Below are positions 56,527-64,000 of a stretch of 64,000 nt of DNA, one piece after another. The stretch covers positions 24,633 to 88,632 of IMG/VR virus record IMGVR_UViG_3300028585_000020; one strand, 5' to 3'. Numbering within the stretch: the first letter of the stretch is position 1; every line of letters begins with the position of its first letter. This DNA comes from a virus (Duplodnaviria > Caudoviricetes). Position numbers and translations under genes: made by a program. Below the pieces are notes generated by a model. It saw only the letters and a program-made list of their open reading frames with translations. It was not told the DNA's origin and searched no databases.

Positions 56527-56678
56527 TGGACAAATTCAACGAAACTATCGAATACAAGGAAGGATGGGACGCTTTCCTTAACGAGTACACAGAAAAAGAT
56601 TGCCCATATCCCGAGAACAGCACACAGGCGACGGATTGGCGACTTGGCAGGCTTGATGCTCAATTGGAATATAAGTAA
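56526..56678 (+). CDS. Rmf/CrpP-like small protein (50 aa)
   Basis: YKEGWDAF..KDCPYPENSTQATDWRLGRLDA aligns by eye with the Rmf G(Y/W)xA..CPY..WxxG pattern; TAATG overlap. Confidence 0.55.
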   Translation: MDKFNETIEYKEGWDAFLNEYTEKDCPYPENSTQATDWRLGRLDAQLEYK

Positions 56679-56695
56679 GATTTTGTACGAAGTTC

Positions 56696-56772
56696 TTGCA
56701 CTCTTAAGAAGTCTTTGCTAGAGTACATTCCACAGACACAACAGCCGGAAGGCTAATTAGGAGAGAATTATG
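56696..56772 (+). promoter_or_regulatory. Promoter plus stem-loop leader (copy 1 of a 30-nt repeat)
   Basis: TTGCAC-17-TAGAGT; AGCCGGAAGGCTAATTAGGAGAGAATTATG (56743-56772). Confidence 0.7.
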
Positions 56773-56943
56773 TTACTTCAATCACAGTTAGCAGTGGAAA
56801 CTTTTAAAGCCTCTGGAGTTCGCACAGTCGAGCGCCTCAATGCCTTGTGCGAGCATTACGCTAACGTGTACGGCATGGCTAGTATGCTGGAAGAAATTCA
56901 AAAAGAAGCTAAACGCAACATTCCTGCTTGGATGTTTGAGTAA
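56770..56943 (+). CDS. 57-aa hypothetical protein
   Basis: AGGAG RBS; read directly from the sequence. Confidence 0.65.
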   Translation: MLLQSQLAVETFKASGVRTVERLNALCEHYANVYGMASMLEEIQKEAKRNIPAWMFE

Positions 56944-56951
56944 CACACAAA

Positions 56952-56981
56952 AGCCGGAAGGCTGATTAGGAGGGAATTATG
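56952..56981 (+). repeat. Copy 2 of the 30-nt leader repeat
   Basis: AGCCGGAAGGCTGATTAGGAGGGAATTATG; 2 mismatches versus 56743-56772. Confidence 0.85.
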
Positions 56982-57326
56982 AAAAATAAAGGCTTCAGCG
57001 ACTACCAAAAGACTTACGGATATAAGAGTGTGCAGGACAAACTAGATGTTTACGGCTTGTGGCACGTTCAAGGTGAAGACACCAATCCAGACTTCGGCGG
57101 GAGTCATCATCAACCCACATTGGGTTATTTTGAAGGGGTGTTACGTGATGTGATGGAATATGCTTTTACACTCAAGGGTTTTTGGTCTTGGGGTGGTGGT
57201 GGCAACTTCACACAAATCGAAATTGTAAAAGTTGATGAGAACACAGCAGAACGTATGCAAGAGATGCTAGAAGAAAAGAAACAACTAGAAGAACGTCTAG
57301 CAGAAATTAACAGAAAGATTAAATAA
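56979..57326 (+). CDS. Hypothetical protein
   Basis: Strong RBS; GEDTNPDFGGSHHQPTLGYFEG..WSWGGGG. Confidence 0.75.
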   Translation: MKNKGFSDYQKTYGYKSVQDKLDVYGLWHVQGEDTNPDFGGSHHQPTLGYFEGVLRDVMEYAFTLKGFWSWGGGGNFTQIEIVKVDENTAERMQEMLEEKKQLEERLAEINRKIK

Positions 57327-57327
57327 C

Positions 57328-57453
57328 ATGCATACACAAAATAATTTCTCCCTGACAAATTCTCCTTTGCCTTCCTTGTGGGCAATTCTCCGCACGCTGG
57401 CGGGGGTTTTGGTGGGGGCTGTGGGGTTGGTTGTATTAGGGGCGTTAAATTGA
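57328..57453 (+). CDS. 41-aa membrane peptide with GxxxG motifs
   Basis: LAGVLVGAVGLVVLGAL hydrophobic helix. Confidence 0.45.
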   Translation: MHTQNNFSLTNSPLPSLWAILRTLAGVLVGAVGLVVLGALN

Positions 57454-57722
57454 CTCAGGAATGCCCTTTGTAGGCGCTGTACGGGGTCGCCATTCAACGA
57501 ACGGGCAAAGAGTGTCGGGATTTACGCCGAGAAGTTTAAACGGCTAGAGTCGCTTAAAATTGAGGGAGAAGAGAATGACTATACAAATTGAACTTATTGA
57601 TGACGAAATCGAAGTGTTGCTAGAACTGTTGCCATGTATCCCGCTATCGTCTGCGACAATCAAACATCGTGACGATGCAAAGAATATTATCAGAAAGATC
57701 AACGAGGCTAAGGAGAACTCTC

Positions 57723-58100
57723 ATGTACACAAAACGTAAACAATTCTGCACATGTGCCGTCATGTTGTGTTTGTCTGTTAATGTTTCTGCACAGACACAC
57801 TCGCAGAAAGATGCGATGATTCGCAAGACATTCACTGCTGACAGTCGTTGTATCGCCCTAGCAGAACTTGCAGAACGATATGCCCATGCGTCTGCTGCTG
57901 GTATCCAAAAAGTTGAAGTGGTGAAGATTGCCAATAAGCACTCGACGGATTGGAGTAATCGCATTGCCAAGAACATCATCAGTCTTGTGTACATGATGCA
58001 GCTTGACGAGCAGATGGCGGCGCAGCTTGTATATACAAAGTGTATTGCAGGAGACTATAACCCTACAGTGGAAGAGATGGACAGGGAGATGCGGAAATGA
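57723..58100 (+). CDS. Putative exported/periplasmic protein
   Basis: Start 57723 (AAGGAG RBS); signal-like MYTKRKQFCTCAVMLCLSVNVSA|Q; paired Cys in the mature part. Confidence 0.6.
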   Translation: MYTKRKQFCTCAVMLCLSVNVSAQTHSQKDAMIRKTFTADSRCIALAELAERYAHASAAGIQKVEVVKIANKHSTDWSNRIAKNIISLVYMMQLDEQMAAQLVYTKCIAGDYNPTVEEMDREMRK

Positions 58101-58345
58101 CAACGCTTGAACAACTGTTAGACAATTTTGCTGAAGCTGCAATAGACTACTCGCAATGCGGCCCTAACGGTGGCTTACGCGAAGCCCTTAAAGCCGCACA
58201 GGAAGCCATTGTAGCGCATGTGGAAGGGGCTATGGGGAATGCGCTAGTGTTTGGGAAGCGGAACGGCTGTAGCTATGGCGTAGGGCCGCTGACGGACGCT
58301 CAACAGCGGAAATGGAACATTGTTGTGAAGGAGTGGACGGAATGA
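58097..58345 (+). CDS. Hypothetical protein
   Basis: ATGA overlap, RBS. Confidence 0.6.
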   Translation: MTTLEQLLDNFAEAAIDYSQCGPNGGLREALKAAQEAIVAHVEGAMGNALVFGKRNGCSYGVGPLTDAQQRKWNIVVKEWTE

Positions 58346-58594
58346 CAGATCAAGACTGGAAAGAACTGTTTGAGCGTTACATAACAGAAGTAATGCGAGA
58401 TGAGCAGGAGGAAACCGAAGCGCACATGTTTCCTAGTGCTATCAAGATAAGGGAGATGGTGGCGCTTTAATTTTAAACCTAAACATGTCCGTAGTAATCG
58501 ATGGGCTAGCGGGGAAGGTAAGCCGACAGCATTTAATGCTTTCTGTGTACTGAAGACTAGGTCGGATCAATGCTGGTAATAGAAAGGTGATTAG

Positions 58595-58762
58595 ATGAAA
58601 AAGACTGATGCATATCTTACAGGTGTCCGTGCATACTACAACGATTGGGCTATTACAGACAACCCGTATGACAACGAGAAGTTAGAACATTCCGAATTTG
58701 AAACTGGGTGGTTGCAAGCTAAGGAGTTTGATCAAGTTTACTTGCCAGAGGACAACCAATGA
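58595..58762 (+). CDS. Second Rmf/CrpP-like small protein (55 aa)
   Basis: AYLTGVRAY..DNPYDNEKLEHSEFETGWLQA; AAAGGTG RBS. Confidence 0.5.
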   Translation: MKKTDAYLTGVRAYYNDWAITDNPYDNEKLEHSEFETGWLQAKEFDQVYLPEDNQ

Positions 58763-58949
58763 CACTCCCACGATTCGTAAAGCTTGTTGGTAGCCCTCTT
58801 GATGGATTCTACATCAAGCAAGAGCAAGATTTGCGCACAATTGTTATTGGCTTTGTGCAGGGCTGGGGAGAATTGCGACAAGAGTCGCGCTGTCGGTACA
58901 AGGTGAGTTTGTGTGACGATGGGGGTGTTTGTGGATGAGGATTAAAGAG

Positions 58950-58972
58950 GCCCGCCTTTTGAGCGGGCTTTT
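58950..58972. terminator. Bidirectional terminator
   Basis: GCCCGC-cttttga-GCGGGC flanked by an upstream A-run and a downstream T-run. Confidence 0.75.
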
Positions 58973-58981
58973 CTTCGTCTA

Positions 58982-60301
58982 TCAGTTTTTCAGCCAGTCG
59001 CTATACAAGCTGCGCATACGTTTTGACAAGATAGCTAAGTGTATCGGCTTACCGTCACGTACAGCACTACGCCATACCCACTGTAACAATTCATTCAGTG
59101 CAAACCTCTCTGCACTATACCGAACATTATAAGTGTCCAGATAACGTGCTACACTCTGCAATGGATACCTGTTATAAGCATGCACCATCACATCTTTACC
59201 GGCGTACTCGTTACTAGCCCTTGCATTAGTGGGAATGTAGCAATTGTTATGTTTGTCAATTTCATCCGTAGGATTTCCGTCTACGTCCACCAAACATTTA
59301 CTATGTGGATACCCTGTAGGATGAATCCCTTTCGGTTCCCTCTGCACAGCTAACGAATCCTTTGGCACAGTGTAACCTAGTTTCCAAGGATCAGCCTTGC
59401 ATCCGTGGTTATCTCCGATGTTTCGGATAGTGTTGTTCAACAGCTTGTAATCTTCCTTTGTGCGTTTACGGTCATCCCACCATGTAGAGGACAGAGCAAC
59501 CTTATCAAACTTCTTGTCATGCTTTGTGATTAGCGTTACAAGTTTCCCGATAGATCGCTTAGTAGTGCCACGATGCAATTGTACACCTGTAAAGGGAACC
59601 CACTTAATGCCTTTGATTAAAAAGTATGCAGCCATAAGCGTATCATCAAATTGGTATGTTGACAACACAACACGATTAAACTGGTATAACAGAACATCGC
59701 TAGGCATTGTTACCAATGACACACTATCGTTCACACTTTTACCAGCAATGATTGAGGCATAAACTCGACCCTTACTAGCATCGTTACGGAGCTTAGTAAA
59801 TGTAAACTCTTCCCCAATTTCGTCTACACTATTGTCAATCCATTGCACCAAACCATAATTATTCTCGTCTACAGCTAAACGATTATCCCGTTTGTGTAGA
59901 AGGAAGTCACTAAACTTAATACCGTTGTAAGGGTTGATTAATTCTATTGTTTCATCTAAGAATAGGGAATATCCTTTCTCTTTCAGTAGATTATTAACAT
60001 AATCATTCTCCGATGCTTTAAGTAACAAAGCATGAGTTATGGCAATAAGTTGTGTCCCTGGCTCTTTGAGAATCTCTATCAGGTTGTCAGTTTTAGTAGC
60101 ATCTCCATGTTCCGAAGGGATGCGCCATAAGTGACTAGCTGCGGGATTCTCCGCTGTACGCTTCTCTAGCTCTGACAGGTATTCCGAGCAAAACACCCAT
60201 CTATTACTTCTGTTAGCTAGTGCTAAAGACTCTATGTAGCGTAATGTCGCAGTGGTCTTACCGTTACCCATCAAGCTATCTAGCAGTTCTACATGCTGCA
60301 A
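58982..60301 (-). CDS. Origin-binding / helicase-like replication protein (T5 D2/UL9-like)
   Basis: N-terminal Walker A DSLMGNGKTT; ITHALL; LFLDET Walker B; LSTYQF; ELLQWVWRSAVRDG. Confidence 0.7.
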   Translation of the reverse strand: MQHVELLDSLMGNGKTTATLRYIESLALANRSNRWVFCSEYLSELEKRTAENPAASHLWRIPSEHGDATKTDNLIEILKEPGTQLIAITHALLLKASENDYVNNLLKEKGYSLFLDETIELINPYNGIKFSDFLLHKRDNRLAVDENNYGLVQWIDNSVDEIGEEFTFTKLRNDASKGRVYASIIAGKSVNDSVSLVTMPSDVLLYQFNRVVLSTYQFDDTLMAAYFLIKGIKWVPFTGVQLHRGTTKRSIGKLVTLITKHDKKFDKVALSSTWWDDRKRTKEDYKLLNNTIRNIGDNHGCKADPWKLGYTVPKDSLAVQREPKGIHPTGYPHSKCLVDVDGNPTDEIDKHNNCYIPTNARASNEYAGKDVMVHAYNRYPLQSVARYLDTYNVRYSAERFALNELLQWVWRSAVRDGKPIHLAILSKRMRSLYSDWLKN

Positions 60302-60449
60302 TATATACCTCTCTTTCTAGTGGTCTGTATCAGGTGCGATACAAACACCTTTGTAAGTTATTGATTATTAAGGACAATTTCTACGTTTTGTAGGAGGGAA
60401 GGGTACTAAGAACTATCCTACCAACCCTATAAGTTTTGCTGAACACTAC

Positions 60450-60478
60450 ATTGTATCAGCACTGATGCAAAATGCAAA
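60450..60478 (-). promoter_or_regulatory. Promoter for the origin-binding gene
   Basis: TTGCAT-16-TACAAT (or TTTGCA-17). Confidence 0.55.
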
Positions 60479-60688
60479 GGGAAGACGTAATAGAAGATAT
60501 TAAGATAAAGATGGTTATTAGCACAAACAACCAAAAGAAAGACAAACCTAGCACACAAACACTAAGAACAATAAGACTAAAGCAATACTGTTGCTAAAAC
60601 AAGGAAACAGTTAGACGATTGCCATGCTTGACCTGCTATCGCATGTCTCGCGCTAACGCGGCAACAGCACAACAAACACAAATAGATA

Positions 60689-60728
60689 TTGACATGATGC
60701 TTAAGAATACCCTAAGATGTATCTATCG
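60689..60728 (+). promoter_or_regulatory. Early promoter
   Basis: TTGACA-18-TAAGAT-4-CTATCG. Confidence 0.7.
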
Positions 60729-60745
60729 ACAACAGAGAGGCAATC

Positions 60746-62584
60746 ATGAACAAATTCTCCAACAAAGAAGCCGTTGCAACCTACCTGGGCTGGTCATTCG
60801 ATGATGTAGAGGATTATCGTTATCACTACGGGCTAACTAAGGCTCCAATCTACACAGCAGGCAACAAGTACATCATGGCATTACCTAACGGCAAGAAACC
60901 AACAAAACATGATGTGGAGTACATCGGAGAATTTAAAGAGATGACTGATAGCATGGGTGAGTATTGCAAGTCTAGGGGCCGTACAGTGTGGATTTTTGAG
61001 AGTGAGTGACACAGGGAGCCTTGCGGCTCCTTTGTAGTTTCTACACACAACATAAAATTATTACGAAAGACATTGACAGGGTTGTTAGGGTGGCTTAAGA
61101 TGTATTCATTGAAGCGAACAACCACAGGAGAAAATCATGAAAGATTCCCAAAAACTCCGCATCACTATCGAAGACATCCAGTACGAAACTACTTATGGTA
61201 AGCTGGACAGTAAACTTAAAGTGTTTGCTAACAAGCTGGAGAGTCAAGACGCATTCGGCAAGATGGTTGGATTTAATGATGTGTACGTAGGGCAGGGAAA
61301 TGCTACACTTTTCGTTAAAGTGGAATATGTAGGTAAGGCTCCTAAGATTGACGGTAAGCCTAAACTGTTTGGGTGGGATGAAGAAGAACTAATGGCGAAA
61401 CAATACAAATAATGGACAACATTAAATTCTTTACTGTAGAGTACTTCGACGGGGAGTACTCTATTCAGAGTAAAAGTGATGGTGGTGGGTACATGCTGGA
61501 TTTGCCTAGGAGTATGAACAGAGAGGAAGCGTTATTGTTCTGCATGGCTGCTAATGCTACGTTGCAGGCAATCGGCATGTATGATTATTCTCAAGATAAA
61601 TAAATGCCCTTTCGGCCATTGACAACAAGCTTATCAGTGTCTAATATATAACTCATAGACAAACAGCCGCAAGGTAGATAATGGAGAACATCATGAACAA
61701 ACCTATCTGGGCACCAAAAGGCATGACTTGTTCGGCATGCACTAAGATTCCTTACAAGGGCTACGAAATCAGCATCGCTATGGATGATAGCTGCGGAACT
61801 CTTGAAGACTATAGCCGTAGTGACATTCGCGTATATCGTGATTATGACGGCAAGGATGTTACTGAAGATTTCTATAAGGGTTGCGAAGTGTGTATTGCTA
61901 CTGCGGACAATCTGAAAAGCATCTTTTCCATGATTGACATGTTTGGTGACAGGGACTAAGATTCCCCTTGACCCCCTAAGAATCCTACCCTAGAATGTCC
62001 TCATTAACACAGAAAGCAAACAACGCCTCGCAAGGGGCTTACAGGGGAATGTGATGATAATGTACGCAGTGTATAAAGAAATAAACAACGAAAATAAACT
62101 GTGCCAATGTTGGAATGAAGCTAACCCAGTTGCGATGCCTGCAATCTTCTATTTCAGTTCTGATGCTTTTCAGTTTGTCAAAGAGATGCAATCTGTAAAA
62201 GGTAATGAGATTTACAAGTACAATGTTGTTGGTGTTGATTTGACGAATAACTGTTTTTAGGTGCGATAATGCCAGCCTTATACATTCTGAAACACATAAT
62301 TGACGACTTCGGTAATGCAATTCAAGTGTGCAATCTTCCATACGATGTGTACATGGTTCGTTATGGGTTCTTTAAGGGGGAGTTTAATGTATTATGCTGT
62401 TCAATATAGAAAAGCAGGGCCTTATAAAATCTTCTTAGATTGTTCTGGTAATCCTTGTGTGTATAGCACAATGGCAGAGGGCCTAGAAGTTATGCTACAT
62501 GAGAAACGACAAGAGGTACATGCAGGCGGGTTGTTCCGTGTTGTTAAAGTGGACATTGTTGTATTGCCTTATACGGAGCAATGA
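60746..62584 (+). other. Early hypothetical CDSs 60746-61009, 61137-61412, 61412-61603, 61681-61959, 62051-62260, ~62387-62584
   Basis: Most units have their own promoter: 61073-61101 (TTGACA-17-TAAGAT), 61619-61647 (TTGACA-17-TAATAT), 61968-61996 (TTGACC-17-TAGAAT). Confidence 0.7.
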
Positions 62585-62621
62585 TGTTTAAGAACAAATT
62601 GAAAAAGAATAAAAATAATAC

Positions 62622-62650
62622 TTGACAACCCATTCCAACTAAAGTATTCT
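62622..62650 (+). promoter_or_regulatory. Promoter for the lipoprotein gene
   Basis: TTGACA-17-TATTCT with A-rich UP element. Confidence 0.8.
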
Positions 62651-62687
62651 TAAATCTGTTAACAACTACTCTGTAAGGAGAAACACC

Positions 62688-63071
62688 ATGAATAAAACTA
62701 TTTTTGTAGCACTCTTCAGCATCACCCTCGCAGCATGTGGCGGGGGCTCTAGCGACCCAATTAATCAGCCTGTAGTACAAGCACCTTCCGAGCAATCTAA
62801 CACACGTCAATTCCTCATCAACTATAAGGGCGGTACAGGTGTTGTAGAAGGAACTGATGATAGCCGTATCGGTGCTGCACAGAAAGCCCTCCGTGCATAC
62901 GCTCCTGCTAATTGGGGAGCCAATACCGAGGAATACCGTGCAATGTTGAGTGATAGTGGTTTGAAGATTGACATGGTAGACATTGGTGACGGTAAGAATT
63001 ATAAAGCTATCGTCAAGATGACCAATCAAGGGCTGAGTGTTTCAGTGGAGTATGTGGCAATTCCTGTTTGA
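62688..63071 (+). CDS. Lipoprotein
   Basis: MNKTIFVALFSITLAAC lipobox then GGGSS linker; AAGGAG RBS. Confidence 0.85.
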   Translation: MNKTIFVALFSITLAACGGGSSDPINQPVVQAPSEQSNTRQFLINYKGGTGVVEGTDDSRIGAAQKALRAYAPANWGANTEEYRAMLSDSGLKIDMVDIGDGKNYKAIVKMTNQGLSVSVEYVAIPV

Positions 63072-63102
63072 TTGTGGTCATGTTAATACAAGGGGGAATA
63101 AA

Positions 63103-63870
63103 ATGAACAAACAAGAGACGTTTGATTATGTGGTGAGGCATTTGTATGAGCAGGGAAAGCCTGCATTGAATGACGAGATGGGGTGTATGTATCGTACAGA
63201 GAATGGCCTTATGTGCGCTGTAGGGTGTCTTATTCCTGACAGCATGTACGACAAGGAAATGGAGTTTAAGCGTATTGATGCTGTGCTAGACGGGTTTACG
63301 TTACCAGCATTTATTAAGGACAATGAAGAGATGCTGTTTGATCTTCAGACAGTCCATGACAAGTGGCGTCCAACATTCATAAGTCCTGAATACCCTTTTA
63401 CACATATCGAGGGTCTGTTAAAAGAAGTGGCAGAGGGACATTCTGTTGTGTATAACAAACCATATTGAGAGGCTTTGATTATGGCTATTAAGATTATCGG
63501 GGAAGACTCCAGCGTAACTAAAGAGATTACTTGCAGGAAGTGTGGCAGTCGCTTACAGTACACGCCTAACGATGAGCAAAGGGATTACTCCAGCGATTAC
63601 ACAGGCAGTAAGGATTACTATCACTATGTGAGTTGCCCTAAGTGCGCCAACAAGGTTGTTACTAGGAATTATTGAGGGGTTTTGATGAAATACATTTACC
63701 TACTAGCACACACAATGGGGCCATTCATGGGCAATAATGGACGTATGGTCGAAGACTGGCAACAAGCAATTCAGTTTGATAACAAGGAGGATGCTACTAA
63801 GTATCTTGAAGATAACAATCTCTATCGAACTCTGTATGTGCAAACTCTGATTGTTAGTGAGGTGGAATAA
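63103..63870 (+). other. Hypothetical CDSs 63103-63468, 63475-63675 (CxxC..CxxC zinc ribbon), 63682-63870
   Basis: RBSs; GCMYRTENGLMCAVGCLIPD motif in the first. Confidence 0.7.
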
Positions 63871-63911
63871 CAACACAGCAAGGCATTGCACGGGGGATTG
63901 TAAGAAACTTG

Positions 63912-63950
63912 TTGACATGTACTGTTGAAGGAGTAGAATAGAACTCATTG
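63912..63950 (+). promoter_or_regulatory. Early promoter with TCATTG signature; downstream gene runs off the window
   Basis: TTGACA-16-TAGAAT-5-TCATTG. Confidence 0.7.
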
Positions 63951-64000
63951 GAAGACAACATAGCAACGGAGCCTGAAATGACCATCGCCAAACAATATTG

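Noticed and set aside
57402-57442. Four G4-5 runs resembling a G-quadruplex
   Set aside because: Fully explained by Gly/Val/Ala codons of a 41-aa membrane peptide (57328-57453)
46741-61633. Recurrent CTTAAG and AAGCTT hexamers in promoter spacers
   Set aside because: Positions are inconsistent, some overlap the TAAGAT -10 box, and AAGCTT is common genome-wide
63475-63675. Zinc-ribbon ORF as the missing primase ZBD
   Set aside because: Cys spacing and context lack primase-ribbon features and it lies in the early region; not excluded without a profile search
1-64000. tRNA genes and CRISPR arrays
   Set aside because: No T-arm/acceptor cloverleaf or regularly spaced repeats found by eye; tRNAscan-SE would be needed to exclude atypical tRNAs

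Overview
The whole window is a lytic, siphovirus-type dsDNA phage genome segment with a Gram-negative host (it encodes Rz/Rz1 spanins). There are three blocks. (1) 1-18.9 kb, + strand: tail morphogenesis (neck, terminator, major tail protein, frameshifted chaperone, 1883-aa tape measure, hub, central fibre) and lysis (holin, SAR-type lysozyme, spanins). (2) 19-43.3 kb, - strand: nucleotide metabolism and replication (nrdAB, MazG-like protein, metallophosphoesterase, 5'-3' exonuclease, SSB, family A polymerase, T7-type primase-helicase, thyX). (3) 43.4-64 kb, mostly + strand: many small early-type genes behind strong sigma70-like promoters, plus an origin-binding helicase-like gene. About seven free-standing HNH/GIY-YIG homing endonucleases are scattered through it. 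I found no integrase, repressor, tRNA or CRISPR array. The most interesting unexplained signals are non-coding: two large, densely base-paired ORF-free elements (about 44.13-44.52 kb, and 53.80-54.02 kb just downstream of a GIY-YIG gene), a promoter-defined ~110-nt RNA with GGA-in-loop hairpins (Csr/Rsm-sponge-like), and a putative antisense RNA at the lysis boundary. Two sub-60-aa Rmf-like proteins missed by the ORF track and a primase-helicase lacking its zinc-binding domain also stand out. All functional calls are by-eye motif recognition, and all RNA pairings were found by eye; no searches or folding were run.
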